The notes under the pieces were generated by a model. That model saw only the letters and a list, made by a program, of their open reading frames with translations, was not told the origin of the DNA and searched no databases. Made by a program: the position numbers and the translations under genes. From the human T2T-CHM13v2.0 reference genome, Homo sapiens, in assembly GCF_009914755.1 (NCBI RefSeq), contig NC_060935.1: DNA of 64,000 bases. The stretch is one strand, 5' to 3'. Positions 51,481 through 64,000 of the stretch are shown one piece after another (the first letter of the stretch is position 1; every line of letters starts with the position of its first letter).

Positions 51481-54430
51481 GACTCTAAGTAGAGAAAGAA
51501 ATTGTTCATGATGGATAAATAATTCTGACACTTATTCATGTCTTCTAGTTTTGTTCACTTTCCAACCACATTCATTTTTTGATCTGTTATGTCTGTTGGT
51601 CACTCCCTGCCTACAGACGGTGCCCTGCAAGATCCATCATTGCCACATTTGGCCTAGAATAGTGCTGTCTTAACTGGAAGTCTGTACGTGCTTCCTAAAG
51701 CTGTAAAACCCTTAAAGTGGACAAATAATGTTACACTTAACTGGTCACAAAGTCTCTCTTTCCCTTTTCTTTAAAGTTTCCTTAAAATGAATACTTGAGA
51801 AGGCATAACTTTATTCATTCACTCATTTGTGTATTCATTCACTCATTATGTATCTTGGTCCTGTGAAGGACCAAGAGCAATACTGTCAAAATCCCTGGAT
51901 GTCATCACATCTCTATCATGTCCTTCATCTCTATCTTATTCTTTTCCTGATCACTTTCACCTAATTACTTTTACATTTCTTAGATACAGGCACAAAATCC
52001 ATCATGCATATTGTCCCCTGAGTTGTTTTATCTCCACTGGAAATCCAGAAATGCTCAGGCTCTCAATTTCAGGAGTTACCAGCCAGTTCCCTTTAGCAAG
52101 GAAATTTACTGTAGAAAATAAGTCACTTTTAAGATTGCAAGAGTCCACTAGACTTTCAGAATCCATTGTTAGGAGCACTATTGACTCATCAGAAAATACC
52201 AAAACAACACAGAATATTTAATATTTCATTACACACGAACCACTTGCTAAGAAGTCCCAATTCCGTTATTCCAAACTGAAATTATGACTATCTTCTTTTG
52301 GACTCCAAGTTATTTATAGAAAAATGAACTTTGCATTTCTGGTAGTATATTTTCATGAAAATGAAACTTAATGGTTGAAAAATAAAGTAAAATTTCAAAT
52401 CATTAATCAAAGCCCCAAAGTTGTGATGAATATTGAACAATACAAGAGCATCACAAAATATAAGATTTTCTGTAAAGAATAATTTTGATAAATTACATGG
52501 ATATTAGCATATACAAATATTGTATTTCCTTTCTTTTCTGACAATACTCAAAGTGTTATTTATCCCTGTTATGCAAACATGAAAAAATATGTGACTAAAT
52601 CTATGCCTTCTTAAACATGAGGCTCATTCAAAAATTTAGGTGATACTTATGTTCTCTAGAGTCTTTCTTTTCCAAGGTAGACACACAGCTGGTTTTTCCC
52701 TAGATTCTTCTGTTGTTTGTTGAAAAACATGATATTTCTGTATGGCCATTCCAGGTCGCTGATTAGTTTATCAAATGAATTCAACAAATGGCTCCAGTTG
52801 AAATGTGATCAGCTTGAAAAACATCAGTAATTCCTGCTTATGTTAGAACATTATTATTATTTATTAATCCAGTCTAAAAAATCTCTAACTGTTTCTTTAG
52901 GGAATGGATTAGTGAAGATGTCAAATGCCCAATCTAATGACAAAATTCTTGGGCAGAAATTGGAAATACAAGTCCAGTAATGAACTGAAAACACACATTA
53001 ATTTAACTAAAATGAAATTTTATGATATCTCTTAAATTTTCATTATGTTTTATTTATCATTTCTCTTCAGTTAAATTATTTCCTCAAAGTTAGTGGCCAC
53101 ATTTTTAAGAGGCAACATAAAGCTGTAGACCTACAAATACAAAGAGCTAAGAAAATGCAAAAAAAAAAAACAACTTGTGTTATAGTCTTAATTCACCCAC
53201 TTATACGTAACCTTAGCAAGTCTTTAAATCTCTGGGTTTCATATTTTCCACCAATAATACCCATTCCATTCCTCATAGAATTGCAAAAAAAATCAAATGA
53301 TGTAATGAATAAAAATATACCCTAACAATTATAAAACTCTGTACAGATTATGGGACCATGACTCTTCCTCATTCACAAGAATGCACTTAGTAAGTACATC
53401 TAACATATAAATTAATAACACGTTTGTGTCTCCACAGCACCAAGGGAGGTTAGCTACTTCTCTAAATTAAAAATAGATTTTCTTCTAATAATTCATTTAA
53501 TACAGCTGGTGTGGACAAAGTGAGTAATGACGGGTAAACTACAGTTAAAGAAAAATCGTGTTTTCTAAAATCATAATTATAATAATTTGATGTTCTCTAT
53601 CCTTGGTCTTTGGTGTGAAAAAATTTCTTTGGAGTGCTGGTAAAAGGATTTTTGTAGCTTTTGGCCTGAAAGGATCAAGTCCCACAGTGATCACAATGTG
53701 CTCAAGCCCTTCCTGCTCCGTAGGTATTACAGTCCTGAGTTAAACAGAATACAGATGTCTGCAGATGAAAAGAAAACATATGAAATTCTCACTCTCAAGC
53801 CAGAGAGAATTCAAGCCAATCCAAGTGTGAAGGCTAATGTCACAGCTGAAATAGAAGTCAAGAGAGTAGCTTTGAATATAATTAAGATATGACAGTTTCA
53901 CTCAGATCCCAAACCCAGACACCTAAAAGAAGAATTTCCTCAAAGGTGTGAAGGTGAAAATAAAATGTTTCTGAAATTGGGCCTTGTGCCCAAACTAATG
54001 AATTTCCCATTGAGTTACTAATTATCTAGAGACATGACCATCAGAAAAGAGATCTGGGAGATGAATTTTTATTTGAATTATTTGGATTTCTCCTCTCTTT
54101 GAGGTCTGTGGAAATTATTCCTTTGGTTAAAAAAAGCGGGGGGACGGGAAGTCCAGAGTTTCAAAAGAACGGAATTCAGGTCTTCTCATTTTAACTAGAT
54201 CCCTGTTTTTTAGGCATACTGTTGGCATTGAATCTGTGCCAAAAATGCCAGCCATCAAGGGAGAAAGCACAGTAAGTTTAATTTTAACATTATATAACCA
54301 GGGTAGGGACTTTGGTTCTACTATGGACCAATCATTCATAAAAGATTTTAAATTTATTAAGTCTCAGAGAAAATAAGCAAAACAACATCAAACAAACTGA
54401 AAAATTTTAAATGTTTTTACATGCATACAT

Positions 54431-54472
54431 ACACACACACACTAACACACACACACACACACACACACACAC
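54431..54472. repeat. (CA)n microsatellite, interrupted
   Basis: Direct reading. Confidence 0.9.
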
Positions 54473-57400
54473 TATAAAACAAGAATAAGACCCAGATTTA
54501 TTTGATAACAAAACCCATACTCTTCCCACCGTATCTTGCTTACAAAGGAATAAGGGCTACGACAACAAAGGGCAGAGAAGAGTATAATTTATTACCTGGA
54601 GAATATCAATAACTAATTGTTTTCTACTTTTTAATTTCTCCAATGTTTAAAACCTACATTCAGAGCAGTATTTACTAAAATACATTTTGAAAAATTCTAG
54701 TACTTCAACTTAGTAGCCAATGAAAGTTTCAATGATCAAAAAAGTTGGAAACTCTATAATATACATACTTTTTGGGAAATTGTCACTGACTATTGCCCTG
54801 TTAAGGCCTTTAACATCTCTTACTCAATTTTGGTTTTTGTGTTTTTAATATTTATTTGGTCATGCAATATTCTCTTGGAAATTCTGATTTGGAGGTCACA
54901 TTTTAAATGAGATGATTAGAACATCTCACAACAGTGTTATCAGTTATAATCAGAATTATAGTACAAATTATTATTAAAGTGAAGCCAAAGAACTTGAAAA
55001 CCAAAGACCTAGGGATTCAAACTTTATCTTAGGCTCTTGAGGAGCCAAATGATATTTTAGTGCATATCAAACGTTTTTTAAAGTATGCTCCATAGGAATG
55101 TTCAGAGAGACAAGTATGTTTTTGGGGTTCTAATTCCAAGAGAATATGAGGACAGCTCTTCCTTTTTCCAAAAAAAAAAAATCACTTTTATATATCAGAC
55201 TTCTATGCCATAGGTGGTGATTAGATACTCTTTTCTGATTGTTTTGATTATCTATGTTTTAGTTATTGCGGAATACAGTAGCAATCCACAATAAAACTTG
55301 TACTCATTGATATTCCAACTTACTACACATCAGTGACTGAAATGAAATACTCCTTAGATCTTGGGAATCCAAAGGGCTTCCTTTTTTCTTACAGCTTGCC
55401 TTGTTGATCCAAAATGAACCTCCCAAAACATCACCATCGTCATGCCACACATCAAGTCAGAAATCTTCATTTGTTTTCTCATGGCTTCCAGAAGAGTCTG
55501 CATTAATACATTATCATGTTTTTTGGGGGTGTAGCTAAATTCTGTCTTCTTAAAAAATAGATAAATAAAAAATAACCTTCAACTTTTCCAGCCTGCAATG
55601 ATCTCACATACTATTTTTGATTCCTCCATAAGTTACGCATTTTATCCTTGGTCGTATATTGTTTTTTACACATATTAGTTGCTTTATTATATCCTTGACC
55701 AGATATAAAAAACTTGGGATAATAGAAAGCACATAGTAATGTCCAAGCCAACTGGAAGTTGAACAGGGATTCAACTACTTTCCAACAATGTGAACGTTAT
55801 CAAATCATTTGAATTATCTGAGTCTCATTGATTTTCCAGGAGGCTTGTAAGGATTGCTAATAATGTGTCCACTGTGACACTTGACACATAATATATATTT
55901 AACAAACATTAGTTGTGCCAAACCTTTTTTAAAGCCAAAAGCTTTAAAGAAGCTTCTACCCACCATGGTGCTCATTGCACAGTGTTATCCTTAAGAAGAA
56001 TGTAATCATAACTTGTTGAATCAAATAACCTGAAAAAATTTATTTATTGACCTTATTCAGTCATCAATTACACAAACCATATTTTTAGGTACTTCAGGCA
56101 TTCAAAAAATATTTAATGAATTGGTCTGTATGTGTCAGGCATTGTACTAGTCTATGGGGATACAGTACTGAACGGAACAAAAATCTCTGCCTTCCTAGAG
56201 AACACATGATGAGCACCTCACATTCCCTGCCTGGTTATTAGTGGCCTGCCTGGCTTTGCCATATCTGTGTTTAACTAATTTCAGGATATTAGCGGCCTAT
56301 ATATTACCACTTGAAATATAACCAGGCTTTAGCATTTTAGAGGCTAAAAATGGTGTCAATTTTCATAATGTCATTAATATATTATAGAGAGTTGTGAAAA
56401 AATCAATTTTCCCCATAGTATCTAATAAAATATTTTTTTCATTTTGAACTAAAATAATCTTATGAATATTCTTCCTCTTATTTCTGAACTAGCCTCTATA
56501 TACAAATGATGAGTTACTGGTATATTAAGCCAAAAATTAATAGGCATCATTATAGTAAATGCTTGATTTGTCATAAATCAATGATCACCATTATCGATTT
56601 ATAGCACCCAAGAATTTTTCCAGCTGTGCCAAGAGTTTCTAAATTATAGAAATCAGAATCCATTTTTATGAAAATAAATATAATTTATTCTTATGATTAC
56701 CAGAATTTCTGTGGAGACAATATCTACTTCACATCCTCTACTGAATCCCTATGCCCTGATTTTTTATTTAAGAAAGTATGGTCTTAGTATTCAAACCGGT
56801 GCTTTATTTTTCATTTTTTACTCATTTAATTTTTTATAAATAAAGAAGGCACATTCATGGTAAAAAGGAATTAAGAGTACAGAAGAGAATGAGATAATTA
56901 AACTTTAAAGGTCCCTTTCTCCACCCTCAAACTCTTCTACTTTGCCCCAGAAGTAACTACTTGTTGTTTGTTTATATTCTAGAAAGGTACACACATATGC
57001 ATATAGATTTTTTTAAAATAAATTGATCATTTTATACGTAATAGTTCATAATGATCTTGACACTAAATTCTATATTTTGATTATCTTTTCACCATTAAAA
57101 CATCAATTTTCTTTTAACTTTATTGAAGTATAATCTACATAGAGGAAAATTCACCAATTTTAAGTGTACATTTTATTGAGTTTTGATGTGTGTATTAACA
57201 TAGTCACCGACACAGTCATATTTACATTACTCTAAAAGTTTCCTTTAAATTTCTTTACAATGAAGCTCCTTCTTAGACCTCCTGCCACTGATGTGCTATC
57301 TCTATTGGTTTTACCTTTTCTAACAATTCAAATAAGTGAAACCATGCAGCGTGTGATCCTCTGTGGCTGGCTTTTTTTTTTTTTCACCTACCAAAATGCC

Positions 57401-58007
57401 ATTGTGGTTTATCCAATTGTTACATGTATTAATAGTTCATTTCTTTTCATTGCCAAATATTATTCCGTTATCTCTATATACCATGATTTATTTATCTACT
57501 CACCAGGTGATGGACATTTGCATGGTGCTCAATTTTTGGCTATTTAAATAAATCTACTATGAACACTCAAGCAGAAATCTTTGTGTAAATATGTGTTTTC
57601 ATTTCTCCTGGTAAACACCTAGATGTGGAATTGCTGGTTTATGTGGTAAGTGTATGTCATTGAGAAACTGCCAAACTTATTTTCACCAAACCACATTCTA
57701 CTAGCAGTGTATGAAGGCTACAGTCTCATACACTGCTAGTGTATATGTCCTTGCCACACCTGCTATTGTTAATCTTTGTAATTTTAGCTATTTTAGTGGC
57801 TATGTAGTTGTATGCCATTGTGGTGATTTTAATTTGCATTTCTCTAACAACTAAAGTTTTTGAGCATCTTTTTATATGCATATTTGCTATTCTTATATCT
57901 TCTTGGTAAAATATTTCTTCAAATTTTTTTCCATTTTTGATTGGGCTATTTTTACTCTTGTTATTGATTAATAAAGTGTTCTTTCTATATATTCTGGAAA
58001 CAAATTC

Positions 58008-58275
58008 TTTTTTTTAATTTTATTTTAAGTTCTGGGGTACATATGCAGGATGTGCAGGTTTGTTACATTGGTAAACATGTGTCATGGTGGTTTGCTGCAC
58101 CTATCAACGCATTACCTAAGTATTAAGCCTGGCATGCATTAGCTATTTTTCCTGATGCTCTCCCCAGCCCCCGCCCTCGCCATACACGCTCCAGTATGTG
58201 TTGTTTCCCTCCCTGTATCCAAGTGTTCTCATTGTCCCGCTCCCAGTTATAACTGAGAACCTGTGTTGTTTGGTT
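58008..58275 (-). mobile_element. Short 5'-truncated L1PA (approx. L1PA8-11) 3' end
   Basis: aagttctggggtacatatgcaggatgtgcaggtttgttaca...gtggtttgctgcacctatcaac; TSD gaaacaaa(g)ttcttt. Confidence 0.9.
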
Positions 58276-59333
58276 CAGAAACAAAGTTCTTTATCAGATA
58301 TATGTTTGGCAAATATTACTCTCATGCTGTGGCTTGCCTTTTGATTCTCATTACAATGTCTTTTAATGAGATCTATCACGTTTTCTTTATCATCTATTGC
58401 TTTTTGTGTCCTAGCTAACTTTCCTCAACCCAGGGTCACATTGATTTTCTTCTACCTTTGTTTTCCTGGAAGTTTTATATGTGTGACTATTACCTTTAGT
58501 TTTTTTATTCATTTCAAATTAAATTTGTGTGTAGTATGTGGCAAGGGTGTAGGCTAATTTTTTGTGTATGGTTATCTAATCAGTCCAGCATAATTTGTTT
58601 GAAAGATTATATTTTAGGTTGCTTCGGTGACTTCGTTGAACATCAATTGATAAGAAGGAACCTATTTCTGGGATCTCTATTCTCTTCCACTTAGATATAT
58701 TTTTACATTTGTACCATACTGTTTTAATTATCGGAGTTTTATATTAAGTGTGTAAATTTAGTAGTAAAAGTCCTTAAACTTTAATTTTTTTCTAACCCAT
58801 TTTGTTATTCTGGGTCCTTCACATTTTAAAAATAAACTTTACATTTAGCTCATCAATTCTACCACGTAAAAAAAAACCTTACTGAGATTTTACTGTGAAT
58901 TGTGGATTAACTTGTAGAAAACTAACATTTTGATGTTAACTCTTCCAGTCTCTCTATTTATTTAGGTTTTCTTCAATTTCTCTCAGCAATATTTTGTAAT
59001 TTTCAGTGCACAGCTTTTGCACATATTTTGTTAACTTTATTCCTGAATATTAATAATTTTGATGCTGCTGTAAATGCTATTATTTTTAAAGGTCAATTTC
59101 TACTTCTTGCTAATAGAAGTACAATCCATTTATTATGTATACTTTATATTCAGTAACGTTAATGTACTTATTAATTCTAGTAACTTATTTTTATAAGTCA
59201 AATAGAGTTTTCTGTATAAACATCAATATTAACTGGATATAATACAATCGTATGTCTTCCTCTTGTCCTAAGACTTCCAATATGGTCTTTAGTAAAAGTG
59301 TAGAGAGAGGACATCCTTGTATTGTTTCCAATC

Positions 59334-59665
59334 TTTTTTTTTTTTTTTTTTTTGAGAGGGAGTCTTGCTGTGTCTCCCAGGTTTGAGAGCGGTGGCGCGA
59401 TCTCAGCTCACTGCAAGCTCCACACCACCCCACCACCCCCAACCCCCCCGCCTCCCTGGGTTCACGCCATTCTCCTGCCTCAGCCTCCCAGGTAGCTGGG
59501 AATATAGGCGCCCGCCACTACGCGCCTGGCTAATTTTCTGTATTTTTAGTAGAGACGGGGTTTCACCGTGTTAGCCAGGATGGTCTCGATCTCCTGATCT
59601 CGTGATCCACCCGCCTCAGCCTCCCAAAGTGCTGGGATTACAGGCGTGAGCCACCGTGCCCGGCC
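59334..59665 (-). mobile_element. AluY with a ~28-bp C-rich insertion
   Basis: gcaagctcc, ttcacgccattctc, caccgtgttagccaggatggtctcgatc; TSD gtattgttt(cc/gt)aatctt. Confidence 0.93.
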
Positions 59666-59787
59666 CCGTATTGTTTGTAATCTTAAGAAGAAAACACTTA
59701 GTCTTTTACCATTAATTATGATACTAATTACAGGTTTTTCATAGATATTCATTATCTGATTGAGAAATTATTATTTTTATTCCTAGC

Positions 59788-60090
59788 TTTGTTTGTTTGT
59801 TTGTTTTTGAGACAGTCTTGCTCCATTGCCCAGGTGCAATCTGGGCTCACTACAACCTCTGCCTTTCGGACTCAAGTGATTCTCCTGCTTCAGACTTTCA
59901 AGTAGCTGGGATTACAGGTGTGCACCACCACAGCCTGCTGGGTTTTTTTTTTTTTTTTTTTTGTAGTTTTAGTGAAGACAAGGTTTCGCAATGTTGGCCA
60001 GGATGGTCTTGAACCCCTGGCCTCAAGCAATCTGCCCACCTTAGCCTCCCAAAGTGTTGGGATTACAAGAGTGAGTCACCACTCCTGGCC
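59788..60090 (-). mobile_element. Older Alu (AluJb/Sz-type)
   Basis: Diverged dimer, (GTTT)n tail; TSD tattcctagcttt (59778-59790, 60091-60103). Confidence 0.9.
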
Positions 60091-60329
60091 TATTCCTAGC
60101 TTTCTGAGAGGTTATTTTTTAGTTATCAGTGGGTATTGAGTTTTGTTAAATGCTTTTTCTGAATCTATTAAGACTATCATACAGTTTTTACTTTTTAACC
60201 TGTTAACACGATGGTTTAATTTACATATGCATACATTACAGGAATTTTTAATATAATTCATGCATTTATACATTTATACATTTTGTTTTATAACCTTATG
60301 TTGACACGTAATTCTTTATCTTGGTTATT

Positions 60330-60720
60330 TTTTCATAATCAAAATATTATAAAGATCTACCCTGCTTTTTAATAACTAGCTAAAATCCCATTGTATGGAT
60401 GTACCACAATTTAATTAACTGTTAGCACATTTATAAACATTTAAGTCATTTCCAAATTTTTTTGCAACTATAAAAATTGCTGTGATTAATACTCCTAGAA
60501 GTGGAATTCCTGCATTCAGGTGTATCAGCATTTAATAGTTTGACAGATATTGCCAAATTTCACTTCAAAAAAAAAAAGGCTCAAAAAGCATTTCTACCTA
60601 TAATTATTGAAAGTATCTTTACTTTCACTAATACTGAGAATTAGCAAATGTTTAAATCTTTGCCAAGATTATAGGCATTGTATTTTTTTAATTTTGTGTT
60701 TCTTTAATTATGTATTTGAG
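60330..60720 (-). mobile_element. Ancient L1 (L1ME-type) remnant
   Basis: ccattgtatggatgtaccacaatttaatt, cctagaagtggaatt, ttgacagatattgccaaatt. Confidence 0.75.
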
Positions 60721-60799
60721 AATGATGGGGAATAATGTTATGCTATCAAACAAATGTTGATTTGCTATTCTAACTCCAGAAGGTTGGGCACAAGTGCAA

Positions 60800-60985
60800 G
60801 AATAATAACAGCTACTACTTGTGAAGCATTTACCATGTGCTAGACACTGCCCTAAGCACTTTTGTCATATTATAACATTTAATTGTAATAATTCTATGAC
60901 ATAGGTAATGTTATAATCTTCATTTTACATATAATTTCAGAGATAAATAGAGAAAATAAGATATTTTACCAAGTACTCAGCTGCA
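60800..60985 (-). mobile_element. MIR SINE
   Basis: aataataacagctac...gcatttaccatgtgctagacactgccctaagcacttt. Confidence 0.8.
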
Positions 60986-61419
60986 AGAGGAGACTCCTCT
61001 TATTTCTCACATGTTGAAATCAACCAACAACTGTTTTAAAATGCCAATCTCAATGAGTAGAATAGGAATTAAAATTCCAGCTTCAAATCTTCCTAAGAGT
61101 AAATTAAGGAGTCAGCCAAATAATATCTTTAACAACTCACTGTTTCTTAGTCTAAGCATATTTTTTTTCATTTTTTTCTAAACACAAGTGAAGATGCCTC
61201 CAATGACTGATTTCTATGTTGTATTTCTAAGCCTTAAAAACAAGTGCTCAATCAAATATCTAATAAGAGCGTTACAATGATAAATGGTTTCATTTAGAGA
61301 CCTTGGTACTTCCAAACCCAACTCATTAGGTTTGAAGTGGTACAATTAGAGCAGTGTGGGAGATGGTCTGGGGGATGTGTGGATCAGAGCGCTCAAGGGA
61401 ATTGCAGTTTTAATTTTAA

Positions 61420-61633
61420 TTTGTGGGATTTCACTTCCGATTTCTTCTCTTTTCACTTCCAATCAGAGCTGCAAACTACTTTTTACGCACCTTCTGCAGC
61501 CTTGTATGACTTCCCTGAGGAACTTACACTTGTTTTCCTCTCCATTAATGTGCAATTTCTCCTCCTGTTTCATTGTGTAGAGCTAAGAAGGTGAAGTAAT
61601 TGAAAGCGCTCCTTTCTTTTCACTCTGGTAAGT
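61420..61633. promoter_or_regulatory. Candidate ETS-IRF enhancer or alternative promoter with consensus splice donor
   Basis: TTTCACTTCC at 61429-61438 and 61451-61460; CCAATCAG 61459-61466; CTG|GTAAGT at 61627/61628. Confidence 0.45.
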
Positions 61634-63439
61634 AAGGAGATCTTTTTTCATGCTGACAGTGGGGTCTCAGAGGCCAGACTCTGTTTGCACTAGAAACTTG
61701 CTTTTCTAAACCTCAAAACACTTCACCATATGTTCAGCTCACATGTTCTCCTGGCTGGTTAATTTAACCCATGCAAGGTTCCTCTGTGTTTGGGGTGAAC
61801 ACTGGGGCCATAGCCTGCTTGCCAATGATTATTTATGGGGATGTAAATTCACAGGTCACTTGTAGTGACCTCTGGGTGCTTCACTGAACTGTGACAGACA
61901 CCTCTGTGGAGTGAGTACAGAGGAAAGATATTTCAAATTTAAAGATGAAACACAATACACAGGTCTGACACCTAGGGTTTTATTTAGTTCATATTCAGTT
62001 CATAAATTTAAAGCAATATATGCTTCTAAAAATTATGTATTTCTTGTATACATTGATAACACTCAACCTGATCCAAAATACCAGTTTACACAAATGCATG
62101 TAATGCCACTGGGTAACACAGATATGAGGCAAAAAAAAAAAAAATAATAATAATAATAGAGGTAACAATGAAACTAAAGTAAGGAATTAAAAAAGCATTG
62201 TTCCCAAAATCTATACCATGCAATCCTACATCATCGCTAGAGATAAGTCATCTATGTGACTCTAAATTTTCTAGCAGCCAAAGCAAAAACTTAAAGCAAA
62301 TTTCAAAGTTTACTATAGACATATGGTATAAACTTTCTAGTTTCTTGGCAGTATATTTTACACAATAATGAGATTTGATATAAATTTCTCCTGGAACAGC
62401 ACATTGAGGGGGTCTCTGTAACGGAGTTCTCTGTGAGATTACAGTGATCAACATCTTCAGTCATGATCCTATAATCAATATTAAAACTGATTTTTAATAT
62501 TCCTGAATGAAGTTTAATCTCTTCCATATCAATTACAATTTAGTAAAAGCAATTTTATTAAGATGGGTCAAAACAATGTAGTACAGGTATTCATCTCTCC
62601 GATATATTTTTGTTCATTTAAGAACAAAATGTGAATGATGCAGAGAGAAAAAATGAAGGGAATATGAAAAAGCTAACCTGGAAATATTAATTCCTACAAA
62701 CAGACTTGATTATAACCGGTAAATAAAGAATTATAGTTTATATTCTCCAGCACAAACTGAGTGCAGATATGTTTTGATAATTAACTGAAAGAGAGCAGAG
62801 CTAATATTTAAAGATATTGAGAAATGTGTTGTTGATTTTGGTCTTCATTTATTGCTTCCAGATCTGAAATTACAACAGGCTGAGTGGAGCGGGAATGAGC
62901 CTGTGTGTTGCTCAAGCTGTGAAGAGCCAAGTTACAGAAGAGGTAGAGGAAATATGACAGGGCTCAAACAACGGCTGCTGAATTATAATATTTCTGAAGG
63001 CCCTAAAGTATGCTCTTTCTTCCCTCACCCCCTTGCCCCTGAGCCAGTCAGGGATGAGACTGGCAGAGCACTACTACTACATCCCTTCTGCTTTCTGTCA
63101 TAAACCTGGAACACTCTAGCATGATTAAAGAGATTCAAACAATGCACTCAACTCCAATTCTTTCTGAATCCATTCTTGCCAAGAAATTATAAAGTGGAAT
63201 ATGTGAGTATTTTTCTTAAATAATGGTGATTTTGAGAACTTGAGAAAAGCTCTGAGCCCTCTTCCCTCTCCGCTCAGCACTCCAAACACCCCTACACATT
63301 GTTTTGTGCAATTTTGGAGTGTTTATATAACCCCTGATATCCAGATTAAGAACTTTGGTTTTAAAGGCCCTGCTATTTATAGGAAAGTCCAGACTCTTTA
63401 AATGGTCCTGCCATTCCTTCAGGTAGGACGTGCTTTCGT

Positions 63440-63790
63440 CTTCCATTCTCCAATCAATTCCTGCCATATCCCTGACCCCAAGCAAGACCCTGAATACTTC
63501 AGTTTCTTAAAATATGTCATGCTTATCATGCCTCAGAGTATTTGTTTATACCCTTTCGTCTGCCCTTTCTTTCTAATTTTTCTGGCAAACTCTCACAGAG
63601 CCTTCCTGAGCCAGCTCTGAAAACTTAACTTCTCCTTAGTTGTCTCTCCCCACCCATCAGGATTGCTCACTTACATCTTTACTCACAGTGTATTGCACCA
63701 ACTTCTATACAGCATGAGTCACTCTATTCTAATTATTTGTTGGCATGTGGATCTCCTATATTGGAAAGTAACTTATAAAAACATTAATCA
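63440..63790 (+). mobile_element. L2 remnant
   Basis: tacttcagtttcttaaaatatgtcatgctt...tctggcaaactc. Confidence 0.5.
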
Positions 63791-63809
63791 TTTATTACTC
63801 ACCTCTCAA

Positions 63810-64000
63810 GGTGTGCAGTGGCATGATCTCAGCTTGCTTCAACCTCTGCCTTCCAGGTTTAAGCGATTCTCCTTGCCTCAGCCTCCCAAGTAGCTGGGAT
63901 TACAGGCGCATGCCACCATGCCCAGCTAATTTTTGTATTTCTAGTAGAGACAGGGTTTAACCATGTCAGTGAAGCTGGTCTCTAACTCCTGACCTCAAGC
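63810..64000 (-). mobile_element. AluS fragment lacking its 3' end; runs off the window
   Basis: Begins abruptly at ggtgtgcagtggcatgatctcagc with no gagac/poly(T) portion. Confidence 0.9.

Larger units (their letters stand above)
57110..60215 (-). mobile_element. Old L1 (L1MB/MC-type) 3' region, interrupted by a younger L1 and two Alus
   Basis: ctttattgaagtataat, caggtgatggacattt, ttttaatttgcatttctcta, gagaggacatccttgt, ttttgttaaatgctttttctg. Confidence 0.88.

Noticed and set aside
53698-53892. Protein-like 64-aa ORF in unique sequence
   Set aside because: GTG start, no clear splice boundaries or known homology; a tblastn/PhyloCSF check would be needed to revive it

Overview
AT-rich mammalian non-coding DNA, almost certainly human: it carries a near-pristine AluYa5-type insertion at 37.7 kb. 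I find no credible protein-coding exon, RNA gene or CRISPR array; the listed ORFs are short and fall in Alu, L1, L2 or LTR remnants, microsatellites or unremarkable unique sequence. Much of the window is interspersed repeats (Alu, L1, L2, L3/CR1, MIR, MaLR/ERV LTRs, hAT/Tigger DNA elements), often nested and with readable target-site duplications (TSDs). Subfamily calls are from memory of consensus sequences and boundaries of old elements are approximate. I cannot support a new multi-gene system. The best non-routine signals are: (i) a 288-bp non-repeat insertion at 27.7-28.05 kb with a 16-bp TSD, ATTAAA and a decayed poly(A), i.e. an apparent retrocopied mRNA 3' end; (ii) a CpG-retaining promoter-like module at 44.7-44.94 kb (RFX X-box, two CCAAT, ETS, CHR, splice donors on both strands) that coincides with a switch from LTR-rich to LTR-free sequence; (iii) two perfect ETS-IRF composite elements plus a CCAAT box and a consensus donor at 61.4-61.6 kb; (iv) an enhancer-like CpG cluster at 19.6-19.9 kb; (v) a templated, hairpin-forming copy of a neighbouring L1 at 15.45 kb; (vi) an old ~190-bp local duplication (8.56/10.80 kb). 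The host locus could not be identified.
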